64,000 nt of DNA from an archaeon. GTDB lineage: Archaea > Asgardarchaeota > Thorarchaeia > Thorarchaeales > Thorarchaeaceae. The translations under genes and the position numbers were made by a program. Below are positions 36,891-47,007 of the stretch, one piece after another. Within the stretch, counting starts at the first letter, position 1. Every line of letters begins with the position of its first letter. The notes below the pieces were generated by a model. The model did not search any database. It was not told where the DNA came from and saw only the letters and a program-made list of their open reading frames with translations. The DNA is taken from NCBI GenBank assembly GCA_024276825.1, contig JAJRWI010000010.1, forward strand, positions 1-64,000. The letters are read 5' to 3'.

Positions 36891-36964
36891 AATAATTACT
36901 CCCTTGAAATGACTGGCATTAGGACTGACAAGACCCTAGTTATGTATAGTGGTCTTATCAAAAA

Positions 36965-37495
36965 CTAGGAGAGTGTCGCCTTGGCGAGCATCTTGAATGC
37001 TTCGTGAACATTTTCTCCTGTCAGCGCACTTGTTTCAAGGTATCCCATCAGATTGTGAGCCTCAACGAATTGCCTGCCCATATCTTCAGTTATCACACGA
37101 TCCTCAACAAGATCAACCTTGTTTGCAATCAGAATGATTGGAATTCGCTGATTCAACGCGCTCTCGGTTTCTTCGATCCATTTTGGCAGCTCCTTGAATG
37201 TGCTCTTACGAGTCACGTCAAACACCAACAGTGCACCCTTAGACCCTTTGTAATAAGAACTACGAATGAAGTCGAACCTCTCCTGTCCAGCAAGGTCCCA
37301 CACGAGAAGCTTCACCTTTAGAGGGTTTCCTGTAGAGTCAGTGACCTCTACCACTTTTACAGCGAATTGCGAACCTATTGTGACTATATATTTGTCTGAG
37401 AATTTATTAGTCAGGAACCTGTTGACAATGGCGGTCTTTCCACTGCCCCCAGCTCCTATCATCACTACTTTTCGCATCAGGTCAAATTCAGACAT
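36965..37495 (-). CDS. Rab-like small GTPase
   Basis: GAGGSGKT, TIG, WDLAGQERF, YYKGS.GALLVFDVT, NKVDL, ETSA; no C-terminal prenylation Cys. Confidence 0.9.
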   Translation of the reverse strand: MSEFDLMRKVVMIGAGGSGKTAIVNRFLTNKFSDKYIVTIGSQFAVKVVEVTDSTGNPLKVKLLVWDLAGQERFDFIRSSYYKGSKGALLVFDVTRKSTFKELPKWIEETESALNQRIPIILIANKVDLVEDRVITEDMGRQFVEAHNLMGYLETSALTGENVHEAFKMLAKATLS

Positions 37496-37709
37496 ATTTA
37501 GTAGACCACCAGTTTATTGAGTAGCAAGTCAGTTATTCAAAGGTTCGTGTCAAAACAACAAACCCCGAAGTATTTAGGCTTTTTTTGATGTTATGAATGA
37601 ATCTCTCATAAATAGAGATAGGCGCGATTCTTCAATATTATTGGTTCATGTACGAAGGTATTAAATCAATTGCATTTAATTCTGAATACACGCCCGGGAG
37701 GACTCTCAA

Positions 37710-37883
37710 ATGATAATTATTACAGTAAAGATGAGCGACATCTATGTTAAGGGACTTGACAAACTTGTAGAACTCGGCCTATATCCTTCAAGGTCAGAGG
37801 CGATCAGAGTAGCAATTCGTGACTTGCTGAGAAGAGAATTATGGGTTGATGGAAATCCAATGAATCTTGAAAGAGAAATGTGA
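37710..37883 (+). CDS. Ribbon-helix-helix protein (CopG/CdrS-like), 57 aa, absent from the ORF track
   Basis: MIIITVKMSDIYVKGLDKLVELGLYPSRSEAIRVAIRDLL; GGAGG RBS upstream. Confidence 0.85.
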   Translation: MIIITVKMSDIYVKGLDKLVELGLYPSRSEAIRVAIRDLLRRELWVDGNPMNLEREM

Positions 37884-37961
37884 TATCAGTCGCCATAAGA
37901 CACTTTAAGAAAGCATCAATGAATAGAAGCAAGTCGCGCCAGTAATTGGAGGCTTCTAGTA

Positions 37962-38492
37962 ATGAACTTTAGAGTATTGCTGAAAAGTATGAAATTCGCC
38001 TTTCGCGCCAAGAAGCGTGTCTTTACGTTCATGGTCATTTATGCGATTCTTCTATTAATAGTTGGAAACGAGTTAGAGGCCGCAGGGTCAAACTTTGCAG
38101 CTGCAATACCATGGCTCGGAGTAGCTTTTATTGTATCGACTCTTTATGCATTGCTGATCGCGCAGTTTAGAAGAAGGGATATTGCAATATTGAAATGTGT
38201 TTCTTGGGGAAACTCAGAGATAATGTTGTTGCTCGTAGGAGAGGTCATTCTCGTAGCCTTTGCAGCATTCCTGCTCATTTTCCAATTGAGTGTTGAGATT
38301 CTGGGAATTGCCACATATTTCTATATTCAGAACACACCAATGATAATTCAACTGCAGAGCATGATTGCACTCGAGCCAAATGCCCTGTTCACAAGCATGT
38401 TTTGGGTGGTGATTATGCAGGTGTTTGGACTTCTCATTGCCCAAGCAAGAGCAGGGATGATTCCGCCAATGAGAGCGTTGAGGGAGGAATGA
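37962..38492 (+). CDS. Short FtsX/MacB-type ABC permease
   Basis: RRRDIAILK..W, E, IPPMRALR motifs; 4 TM, no large extracellular loop. Confidence 0.75.
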   Translation: MNFRVLLKSMKFAFRAKKRVFTFMVIYAILLLIVGNELEAAGSNFAAAIPWLGVAFIVSTLYALLIAQFRRRDIAILKCVSWGNSEIMLLLVGEVILVAFAAFLLIFQLSVEILGIATYFYIQNTPMIIQLQSMIALEPNALFTSMFWVVIMQVFGLLIAQARAGMIPPMRALREE

Positions 38493-39181
38493 AGATGGCA
38501 AACCCAATAATTCAAGTACAGGGCGTCCATAAGGAATATGGACGCGGAAAGAAGACAGTTCATGCTCTCAAAAACATAAACATTGAGATTATGCCAGGAG
38601 AGTTTGTGGCAGTGGTGGGGCCGTCAGGATGTGGTAAGAGTACACTACTCCATGTAATGGCAGGTCTGGAACAACCCACTGATGGTCGTGTGCTTCTTGA
38701 TGGTGTTGATGTCACACTCATAAGTGAGCGAGATCTTCCCAAGGTCAGGGCGCAAAAGATCGGGTTTGTGTTTCAAGCATTTCTACTGATTGAGGACCTC
38801 ACAGCATATGAGAATGTGGAGGCTGTTCTTTGGCCCATTAAGGACCTATCAAAGGCAAAGCAGGAAGACATGACTTTAGATGTGCTACGTGAGGTTGACA
38901 TGTTGGAACGTAGAGATCACTTCCCACGCCAGATGAGCGGCGGCGAGCAACAAAGAGTCGCCATTGCACGGGCTCTAGTGAACAACCCACCTATTCTGTT
39001 CTGTGACGAGCCCACTGGAAATCTGGACTCCAAGACTGGAGAGAGCATTCTTAAGATTATATCGCGACTGAATAAAGAGAAGGGTATGACTGTGGTGTTG
39101 GTGACTCATAATGAGGAACTCACGAAGTACGCTAAACGGGTCTTGAGAATGAAGGATGGAGCCATAATCTCTGACAGATAG
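38489..39181 (+). CDS. ABC ATPase, LolD/MacB/FtsE type
   Basis: GPSGCGKST, GFVFQ, MSGGEQQRVAIARAL, CDEPTGNLD, VTH. Confidence 0.92.
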   Translation: MKMANPIIQVQGVHKEYGRGKKTVHALKNINIEIMPGEFVAVVGPSGCGKSTLLHVMAGLEQPTDGRVLLDGVDVTLISERDLPKVRAQKIGFVFQAFLLIEDLTAYENVEAVLWPIKDLSKAKQEDMTLDVLREVDMLERRDHFPRQMSGGEQQRVAIARALVNNPPILFCDEPTGNLDSKTGESILKIISRLNKEKGMTVVLVTHNEELTKYAKRVLRMKDGAIISDR

Positions 39182-39225
39182 AACAAAACCGGGCCCAGCA
39201 ATGCGTGTTCAAGAGTGTGGCGTAA

Positions 39226-40065
39226 ATGGGAACAGCTGCATGCAAGGATACGGAAGGACTCGCCGAAGAGATGGCCAAAACAGGTGAGAATAGGCGTGCA
39301 ATGGTCCTTTTTACCAAGAGTGCAGATTGTTGGACCCGGTGGGAGTCTTTCTCAAAGGCCGCCCATGCATTTGAGAGAGCATATGAGCATGCAATGCTAG
39401 TTCAGGAATACGCAATGGGGGCCGAGTTCATTCAGAAGGCCGCTATGTCATGGATTAGGCATGGTGAATATGACAAGTTTGAGTTTAACTATCAAGTGGC
39501 TTCGGACGCCTATATTCTGGCCGCTGAAGCCGAAAAAAAACCGAAACGGTTTATTGATGGGGCATTTTGTGCCATTGTAGGTGGTGACCTAGATATGGCA
39601 AGGCAGTTGATATACGCTGCCATGGCCACTACCAAAGGGCAATTCAAAGAGTTGATTAATCTTGCATTGATGCTGGCCGAATATCATTTTGGTGAAGCTG
39701 ACCTCTACATTAAGGCGGCCATAGCAAGAGTGTTGGACAGGGATGGAGTTCAAAAGATACTGCAGATCTTCAATCTAATCTTCGCAGGATTTGTAAGAAC
39801 CACCTTGGAGTCCGAAGCTGCAGTCACTATTGGTAATCTAGTTGAGAGCACCGGGATGAACTATAAACGCATTCGTGAGTTGGTGAAAGAGTGCATAAAG
39901 AAAGGCTTTATTCCGGCCTCACTTGACGATGAAACTGAAGAGTTGGTTGTTGATCCCGACAGGTATGATTTGGAGAGTCTTACAAGAAGAAAGGGGCCAA
40001 TTCTAAGCAGGAGCTTGAAAGACCCGGGAGCGTGGGACATAGAACCAGACGAGAAGGGGGATTAG
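39226..40065 (+). CDS. Alpha-helical repeat (SNAP/TPR-like) protein with C-terminal PCI/winged-helix-like segment
   Basis: A..LF.K.A..W.....F..AA.AF.RA repeats; C-terminal CIKKGFIPASLDD...LVV. Confidence 0.5.
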   Translation: MGTAACKDTEGLAEEMAKTGENRRAMVLFTKSADCWTRWESFSKAAHAFERAYEHAMLVQEYAMGAEFIQKAAMSWIRHGEYDKFEFNYQVASDAYILAAEAEKKPKRFIDGAFCAIVGGDLDMARQLIYAAMATTKGQFKELINLALMLAEYHFGEADLYIKAAIARVLDRDGVQKILQIFNLIFAGFVRTTLESEAAVTIGNLVESTGMNYKRIRELVKECIKKGFIPASLDDETEELVVDPDRYDLESLTRRKGPILSRSLKDPGAWDIEPDEKGD

Positions 40066-40152
40066 ATTCCGCATGGATTTATTTAATTGGGGAAATCTTT
40101 TTAGTAAGAATGTGAACAACTGCAACAAGCTTGAATAGTACAGGTGTAAATA

Positions 40153-40359
40153 ATGTCGGAAGGACCTAAGTGGCTTCAATGTCCAATATGTAAAGAGTCC
40201 TTCAATTGGGAGCTACCAGTTGAAGCTTTAAAGAAAGTGAAACGATTTCCAGCACCTGTGATAATTAAGCACAAGGACCATTACTTAATCTGCTATCTTG
40301 ATAGTCATTATCAACTGGCAGACACTGAAGTGGCAGCTGCAATGGTCGAATCAGAGTAG
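40153..40359 (+). CDS. Small putative metal-binding protein
   Basis: 68 aa; CPIC plus HKDH; AGGTG RBS. Confidence 0.65.
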   Translation: MSEGPKWLQCPICKESFNWELPVEALKKVKRFPAPVIIKHKDHYLICYLDSHYQLADTEVAAAMVESE

Positions 40360-40360
40360 A

Positions 40361-40927
40361 TCACAAATTTTGCAGGTCATTATCCAATGCCCATTCGAGC
40401 ACGCGTGATGCTTGAGAACTTGCCATGCCCCAAGTCTTTAGATTGTTCACAAGATCATTAATTCCATTCACCCAGTCGGTGAGAACACTCTTTATTCTTA
40501 GACGAATATTAACATCCGCAACCTCTCTATAGAAGGGAAGGAGCTTGTCCACGAGGCTCTGTGACAGGACGAGTATGGTTTCCAAGCGGGCAATCCATTC
40601 TTCTCTTGGAAGTCCTGTTAGAGTGTTGGCCACCGCGAGATGATAGTCATAGAGTGCGGTGAAATATCTTAGACGCCATGCTAGTACTTCAACCAATAAA
40701 ATTCTATGGGAGTTTGATGGTGCAGTCTTGATTAGAAGTGTCAGGAAACGTTCGGTCATCTCATCGGCAGACTGACTAGCATCGTAGAACAGGGCCATGG
40801 CCTGCTGGTATTCCTGTTCCATAAGAAGCTGGTTCGCCTTGGATGTTGCAAGTTGGAACTTCTCAACAAGGTCTCTTGTAGAACTACCATAGCTGGAGGC
40901 CTCGTTGGACTCATCACTCTTAGTCAT
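40361..40927 (-). CDS. Hypothetical helical-bundle protein
   Basis: 188-aa ORF, amphipathic helices, GAGG RBS. Confidence 0.65.
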   Translation of the reverse strand: MTKSDESNEASSYGSSTRDLVEKFQLATSKANQLLMEQEYQQAMALFYDASQSADEMTERFLTLLIKTAPSNSHRILLVEVLAWRLRYFTALYDYHLAVANTLTGLPREEWIARLETILVLSQSLVDKLLPFYREVADVNIRLRIKSVLTDWVNGINDLVNNLKTWGMASSQASRVLEWALDNDLQNL

Positions 40928-40938
40928 CTTAAAGTCCT

Positions 40939-41376
40939 CTAACGCCTTACATCAAGTTGTTCAGTTTCCACGTTAATAACAGCATCCTGCGTTTCAAGCC
41001 ATTTTGAGTACATTATAATCTGCTCTTTGTTGTCCGTTTCAAAATAGACCTCTAGGAAGCAGTTACTTCGTACCGTGCAAACACCACTTGTATAGACAAT
41101 AACAAGTTCAAATTCTCTCAACTTTTTGTGTATGTTCTTTACAACACTGTGAAACTTGTCGAGATCCAGATTGATACGCATGAACCAGACTTCATCCTTC
41201 GTAATGGGAAAAAGACGAATTATTCTACTTTCTGATGCCACAAGTAAAAGTCTATCACCATCACTCAACCCAGTAGAGTCTTGTATCTCTCTAATACTAA
41301 GAAAGCCATCCTTCACTGTAAGGACTGACCCTTTGGTAATCTCGACCATGTTTTCATCCCATTCCTGATATGGCAT
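40939..41376 (-). CDS. AbrB-like + ACT-like domain protein
   Basis: G.L.I..I....GL..GDRL N-terminal pattern; beta-alpha-beta ACT-like C-terminus. Confidence 0.5.
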   Translation of the reverse strand: MPYQEWDENMVEITKGSVLTVKDGFLSIREIQDSTGLSDGDRLLLVASESRIIRLFPITKDEVWFMRINLDLDKFHSVVKNIHKKLREFELVIVYTSGVCTVRSNCFLEVYFETDNKEQIIMYSKWLETQDAVINVETEQLDVRR

Positions 41377-41509
41377 TTGAAACTTCCACAGCTTTTATTG
41401 ACATCTCCATATAGAACGTAATAGGCAACTGTTCTTTTTTCATGTAAATATGGAATCATTTTCCCTAAAACAAATCTGGGATGTCTTCATAAAAAACAGG
41501 TGTGTTACA

Positions 41510-42484
41510 TCATATGGGAGGCTTGTGCGTCTTCTTATATTCATCACTTGCTTTGGTCCAATTAATGAATTCGTCATTTGGGGGATACTGTTGGTACAAT
41601 AGCCGGCGCCTGGCCTCAAGGCATTCAATTTCCTTGTCAGCAAGTTCAGCCAAGGTAACAATCTCATGGCCATCTTTTAAAGCACTCTTTACTGGCTGTA
41701 GCCATGACACCCACTCCGTAGTTCGCAGTAGATGATGATCTATGGCAATTAAGGGCACGCGAGTTGCAATGTTTACTATAGACCTCTTTGCTATTATTTT
41801 CAGTGATTCGTTGAAATTATTCAGATAGATTGGAGGACCACCCATGATGACAAGATCCGGCTGCTGCGACAGGATGTAGTTCAAGGTGAGTTTTGAAACA
41901 GGACCCTGCACATCAGGTGCGAACATTATACGCGTGTCTTCATGCGTTATTGTTGTAGCAATCACATACCCAAGACGGCTACCCTCAATACCATGCGGAA
42001 GTGGAGAGGAGTACTTGATAGTTGTAGAGCCAAACTCGAAGGTCTTGGCATCCGCCCATTGAATCGATTCCACAACATCCTTCACATCATTTTCAAAAAA
42101 GTGCCCTCTTCTCCTCTGCGATGGATTGATCCTTTCGCGGTTGTCTTTAGCAAATACCACTTTTCCCTCAAACATTCTCTGTAGTTCTTCAAGTGAACTG
42201 AAATTATAGCAAAAATTGGTGAAACCAGGTCTGACATGATCGTAATGATAATGACTGATTGAAAGAATGTCGGCGGTTCTTGCCCATACAAATATCTGAT
42301 TGAGTATGTCCATAAGGCGCCTGTATTCGAGGGGATGAGGTTCAAGACCATGTCGTTTGGATAGAGCGGCTGAGGGGTCAAGAAGGACTGAAACATCAGG
42401 CGTTTTGATGAAGGTACAAAGTGATCTTACACCGAGACTCTCTGACCCAACGGGAATGACCTCGATGTCATTAATCTTCAACAT
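41510..42484 (-). CDS. Archaeal MBL-fold hydrolase (UPF0282-like)
   Basis: ESLGVRS, SHYHYDH, SQRRR, PHG, PDVQGP, DHHLLR. Confidence 0.85.
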   Translation of the reverse strand: MLKINDIEVIPVGSESLGVRSLCTFIKTPDVSVLLDPSAALSKRHGLEPHPLEYRRLMDILNQIFVWARTADILSISHYHYDHVRPGFTNFCYNFSSLEELQRMFEGKVVFAKDNRERINPSQRRRGHFFENDVKDVVESIQWADAKTFEFGSTTIKYSSPLPHGIEGSRLGYVIATTITHEDTRIMFAPDVQGPVSKLTLNYILSQQPDLVIMGGPPIYLNNFNESLKIIAKRSIVNIATRVPLIAIDHHLLRTTEWVSWLQPVKSALKDGHEIVTLAELADKEIECLEARRRLLYQQYPPNDEFINWTKASDEYKKTHKPPI

Positions 42485-42979
42485 CTAGACCTCGCGATAA
42501 TAGTTCAGATGATAGCCCGTGCCATCACTGACAAGTTCTGCCTCGAACATGGCGACATTGTTGATGCCATTGATGTAGGATCTGAACATCTCCCAGTCGG
42601 AAGGGAGGAACTGGTCCTTGAGTGAGAAGACCTCATCAATTGTGAAGAGCGCAAGTTCACCTTCACGATTTCCCTTCTGAAATGATGTAATGGATGCCGT
42701 TCCAAGGAAGATGAGAAAGTGTGCAAGCAGATTATCTTGGTTGTCAACAAGGCGCTCTGTGATAAGCCCAAGGTATTTGTAATCAGCAACATTGGGAGCA
42801 CCGGTCTCTTCTATCACTTCTCTTTTGGCAGCTGGACGTATATGCTCCCCTGTTTCCACTTTGCCCCCAACAAGACTCCAAAGACCCTCATATGGAGGTT
42901 TGTTTCTTTTAATGAATAGGTATTTGCCATTGCAGTTGAGAATGGTTATCACAATTGGAACCATTTTACTCATTATCAT
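42485..42979 (-). CDS. NUDIX hydrolase
   Basis: GGKVETGE....AAKREVIEETG Nudix box. Confidence 0.9.
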   Translation of the reverse strand: MIMSKMVPIVITILNCNGKYLFIKRNKPPYEGLWSLVGGKVETGEHIRPAAKREVIEETGAPNVADYKYLGLITERLVDNQDNLLAHFLIFLGTASITSFQKGNREGELALFTIDEVFSLKDQFLPSDWEMFRSYINGINNVAMFEAELVSDGTGYHLNYYREV

Positions 42980-43055
42980 GACTCCGCAGTATTATGAGCT
43001 CTCAATAGCGGGTCAAGATTAATAGTCATTTCCAATGAATAGATGATGAGGAATA

Positions 43056-44513
43056 TTGAAAATCATGATAGACGAGGATGTTAGAAAGCAGGTCTTGGCA
43101 GAGATCTCACCCACGCAAGAAGAGATTGAGCATCAGAGTAGAGTTATTTCAGTCATCACCAAGGCAATCACTGACAAAGCCAAGGAGATTGGCCAATCAT
43201 ATGTGATTATTGAGCCACAGGGATCAACAGGTATCAAGCAGACTCAACTGAGAGGTGCTGCAGATATAGATCTCTTTGTTGGCCTAGACCCCACCGACTA
43301 TGAAGACATCATAGAACGACAACCAAAAGTCAGGAAGAAGAAACTGTGGGGAGTCTTCAACCAACTCATTGATTTATGGTTTATGCCAGCCATGAGTGCA
43401 GTGGGCGCATTAGACATCAAGAAGACATATTCTGAACACCCATATCTATCATGTGTGATTGATGGACTAGATATTGACATTGTGAGTTATTTTCATTTGT
43501 CAAAAGATGAACTTCTGAAGAAAGGACCAATCACTGCTGTTGATAGAACTGTCCATCATTCAAGGTATGTTGTTGATAGATTGACTGATGAGAAACGCGA
43601 GAATGTGAGGATTCTCAAGTCATTTGTAAAGGCATGCTATACTTATGGTGACACTTCAGCTATTGGAAAAAATGGCTTTACTGGATATGCTCTTGAATTG
43701 ATATCCATTGATTCAAAGTCTATCGATGATGCATTTTTGAAGTTGTTCAATCTTGATGGTTCTCCGATTGACCCAAGAAAAAGAAGCCTGAGAGAACTCA
43801 GAGCAATCCCAGCATTTAGAGATGATCTTGTCTTTGTCATCGATCCTACCGACTTGAATCGGAATGTGACATCAAGCCTTGACCCTCGATCATATCATTG
43901 GACAAGAGTGATGATAAGGCGACTGGAGAAATATCTGAAAGCGGGCAATAAAGAGGGTGCAGTGGACATTCTACTGGAAAGACCAATTCCTACAGACCCA
44001 CCCCCAAGGGGTTTGACGCGTCATCTTCGCGCATTCGAGTTTCATTCTGATGGGTCGTACCATTATACCATTGTTCGAGATAAATTGTATCGTTTTGCAA
44101 GGAAAATGACGGGCGAACTCATGAGAGAACCGACAGGTGAGCCTCGATTTGGAAGGACCATCTTTGAACTCTATTTTGAGGGTGATGAGTTCGCACTGGG
44201 GGTCTATGTGGAAAAGCCAGAGATCCCAGAGAGATATGAGAGAAGAGGGCCTGCGCTGAATCTTGAGCGAGCGGTTAATGAGTTTAAGCGACGAAATCCC
44301 GACTATTTTGAGAGAGATGGCTATGTCTGGGCCGTTAAAAAAAGAAAGTGGACATCCGCATGGAGCTTGATTGAAAATCTACTCAATAAGAACAAAATCA
44401 AGGGCGTGACATCTGTGGAACATAGTGGGGTGGTTTCTGCCAGGTTGTTGTATGTTCTTTCAAACTGTATTATCCCCTTGGAACTTCATCAAGGGCAATT
44501 AGAAAGAGATTAG
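43056..44513 (+). CDS. cca: Archaeal class I CCA-adding enzyme
   Basis: GS..K.T.L.G..DIDLF, SEHPY, DIV, TAVDRT..H, GFTGY..EL, IDP.D..RNV. Confidence 0.88.
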   Translation: MKIMIDEDVRKQVLAEISPTQEEIEHQSRVISVITKAITDKAKEIGQSYVIIEPQGSTGIKQTQLRGAADIDLFVGLDPTDYEDIIERQPKVRKKKLWGVFNQLIDLWFMPAMSAVGALDIKKTYSEHPYLSCVIDGLDIDIVSYFHLSKDELLKKGPITAVDRTVHHSRYVVDRLTDEKRENVRILKSFVKACYTYGDTSAIGKNGFTGYALELISIDSKSIDDAFLKLFNLDGSPIDPRKRSLRELRAIPAFRDDLVFVIDPTDLNRNVTSSLDPRSYHWTRVMIRRLEKYLKAGNKEGAVDILLERPIPTDPPPRGLTRHLRAFEFHSDGSYHYTIVRDKLYRFARKMTGELMREPTGEPRFGRTIFELYFEGDEFALGVYVEKPEIPERYERRGPALNLERAVNEFKRRNPDYFERDGYVWAVKKRKWTSAWSLIENLLNKNKIKGVTSVEHSGVVSARLLYVLSNCIIPLELHQGQLERD

Positions 44514-44546
44514 TACGATGACGCAATACCGTCTGTGTGAGTTGCG

Positions 44547-45614
44547 GTGAGTAAGATAATTTACATCTCTGATAAGAGGACAAACGAGCATGCTTCACCA
44601 TTTCCAAAGCCTAATCTCGAGTCCTTTGATCGTCCAATCAGGACAGAAATGATAGAACGATATCTTGAAGAGAGAGGGGTCTTTAAGAGAGTGCCCAGAA
44701 TTACACCAAGAAAGGCGTCAAAGGAGGATGTGTTGGTTGTTCACACACCATATGTTTATGATTCTGTCAGACTCATGTCCGAATTGGGTAGTGGACAATT
44801 GGGAGAGGCTGCATATGCCAGTCCAACACTATTGAGGGATGCTCTCTCTGCCGTGGGAGGCGCCATTACAGGTATTGAGAAGGTCACAAAGGGTGATGCA
44901 AAGTATGCTCTATCGATAATGAGACCCCCGGGCCATCATGCTTCAACCTCGACCCCATCAGGACTTTGCTATTTCAACAATGCTGCAATTGCTGTGAAAT
45001 ATGCAGTCAATAACCTAGGAGTGCGCAGGGTTTCAATCATTGACATTGATGATCATTTTGGTAATGGCACCTCAGAGATATTCTATGCGGACCCAGATGT
45101 GCAATTCATCAGTATTCATGAGTACGACTATGTCAACTTTGGAACGGGCCATTTTGAAGAGATGGGATATGGAAATGCTATTGGCACGAATATCAATGTC
45201 CCACTTATTGAAACAGCATCAAACAAGACCTATGGAGAGGTCATGAAGAAGATAATTACTCCTGCAGTATCAAGATTCAGACCTGAGATAATAGTCATAT
45301 CGGCAGGCTATGACACACATTATTCAGACCCTGTAGGAAACATGGGTGTGGATTCAAGGACTTATTGGGCATTTGGAAGGCTTGTTGATGGCCTTGTTTC
45401 AAAGTACAATATGAAGGGATCACTCTGGGTTCTGGAAGGAGGCTATAACCCCTTTGCACTAGGACCTTCAATTGAAGCCACAATTATTGGCCTAGAAAAT
45501 GGAGAGCAACCACGACTTCAAGACCAAGCAGATCTTAGCATTGATAGAAATGTGTATGAGATGAACCATGAAGTGATTGAGAAAGTCTATGAAACTATCA
45601 GTCCATACTGGTGA
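44547..45614 (+). CDS. Histone deacetylase family (AcuC/AphA-like) deacetylase
   Basis: RPPGHHA, GLCYFNN, DIDDHFGNGT, SAGYD.H..DP, LEGGY. Confidence 0.9.
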   Translation: MSKIIYISDKRTNEHASPFPKPNLESFDRPIRTEMIERYLEERGVFKRVPRITPRKASKEDVLVVHTPYVYDSVRLMSELGSGQLGEAAYASPTLLRDALSAVGGAITGIEKVTKGDAKYALSIMRPPGHHASTSTPSGLCYFNNAAIAVKYAVNNLGVRRVSIIDIDDHFGNGTSEIFYADPDVQFISIHEYDYVNFGTGHFEEMGYGNAIGTNINVPLIETASNKTYGEVMKKIITPAVSRFRPEIIVISAGYDTHYSDPVGNMGVDSRTYWAFGRLVDGLVSKYNMKGSLWVLEGGYNPFALGPSIEATIIGLENGEQPRLQDQADLSIDRNVYEMNHEVIEKVYETISPYW

Positions 45615-45687
45615 AGTACGGCGCGATAATTAACGTTTTAAGTAAAATCTGTGGGAACGCACAAGAAGCAATTCGGTGGAAGTAAAA

Positions 45688-45972
45688 GTGGCAAAGAAGA
45701 GAAAATCTGGTGGCCGAAGCAAGGGCTCTTCTGGAAAGTCAGGCACTGTTCAGTGCTCGTCTTGCGGAAGAATAGTCCCAGCTGATAAGGCCAAAAAGTT
45801 CACAAGAAGAGTTTCAGCTGTCGATCCACAGTTGGCAAGAGAACTTCGAAAGCAGGGAAGTTTCATTCCTGTCAGAAGAGTCACGCAATATTATTGCGTC
45901 AGCTGTGCTGTGCACACTGGTAGAGTCCAAATAAGACAGGCCAGTGAGAGAAAACAGAAAGGAAGACGCTAG
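45688..45972 (+). CDS. rps26e: 30S ribosomal protein eS26
   Basis: KKRKSGGRSK, CSSCGR.VP.DKA, YCVSCAVH, R. Confidence 0.93.
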   Translation: MAKKRKSGGRSKGSSGKSGTVQCSSCGRIVPADKAKKFTRRVSAVDPQLARELRKQGSFIPVRRVTQYYCVSCAVHTGRVQIRQASERKQKGRR

Positions 45973-46046
45973 AAAAATACACGATGAACGATAGCAAGTC
46001 CTCAATCCGGAAAGAGTGAGGAATGTAAGTCTAGCTGGTACTCCAA

Positions 46047-46640
46047 ATGTCACATTTCACAGAATTGCTCAGATTCATTCTTGTCATGCCAGAAACTCCC
46101 ATATCTGGCGACTTCATATTAAAGGACCTGCCTAGTTCGGGAAAACGTATTGACATTCTGTGCAGGACTCTGGCTGCGTGCTTTGACTGGGCGCCTGAGA
46201 TATGGCCAAAGGAAAAGCTGGAAGTAATGGCAGTTCTAATGAATAGCATTACTCTCAAATTCAGAATGCCCCCAAGACTGCCTCTCAATGAGGTAGAGTG
46301 GGCCAGTGATATACAAAGGTCTCTAAGGGGGAGTCCTCCAGAGTATATTACTATTAGCCATGAAGATCTTAATGAGGCCATATCACACATCAAGACAGAG
46401 GGGGGTCAGATCTGGGTGCTAGAAGAGAATGGTAAACCCATGCATATTGTTCGAAGCCTAAAACCAGCAGTTAAGAATAGTTTTATGTTGGGAGACCATA
46501 AAGGCTTTGATGAATACTCTGCAGGATTAATAAAAGAACACAATCTAAAGACAATATCATTGGGCAAAACTAGCTACTTGGGCAGCCATTGCGTAGCCGC
46601 AGTGATTGCCAGAATGGAGAGGCTGTTGACAGATGAGTGA
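46047..46640 (+). CDS. trmY: tRNA (pseudouridine54-N1)-methyltransferase-like SPOUT protein
   Basis: DLPSSGKRIDILCR, NE, L.E.G, LGDHKG, SLG..SY. Confidence 0.75.
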   Translation: MSHFTELLRFILVMPETPISGDFILKDLPSSGKRIDILCRTLAACFDWAPEIWPKEKLEVMAVLMNSITLKFRMPPRLPLNEVEWASDIQRSLRGSPPEYITISHEDLNEAISHIKTEGGQIWVLEENGKPMHIVRSLKPAVKNSFMLGDHKGFDEYSAGLIKEHNLKTISLGKTSYLGSHCVAAVIARMERLLTDE

Positions 46641-46980
46641 AAGGGACCCCCCGTTGGATTCAAAGGCGGTAAAGCGCCTAATCAAGAAGATGACTAAAGA
46701 GATGCTATGGATCTATATTCTCCGCCTATTGCAAGAGAGACCTCATTACGGCTATGAGATCAAAGAACTGATATCAAGACGTTTCAATTTCTCTCCCGCA
46801 ACAGTGAGTGGTTATGCCATTATTTACAAACTCAAGACAGACGGGCTTATTGAGGAGCAGGAGTCAGAAGAAGCCCCGAGGAAATATTATGCCATTACTG
46901 AGAAAGGTAGAAAGGCCATGATTGTGGCAAAAGAGTTTCTGTCCAACACAATGAATACCGTCTTCGATCTAACCGAGTAG
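46633..46980 (+). CDS. PadR family transcriptional regulator
   Basis: IL.LL...P.YGYEI, Y.L..DGLI, RKYYAITEKG. Confidence 0.88.
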   Translation: MSERDPPLDSKAVKRLIKKMTKEMLWIYILRLLQERPHYGYEIKELISRRFNFSPATVSGYAIIYKLKTDGLIEEQESEEAPRKYYAITEKGRKAMIVAKEFLSNTMNTVFDLTE

Positions 46981-47007
46981 TAATGTTGCATGAGTTATTG
47001 AGTATTG

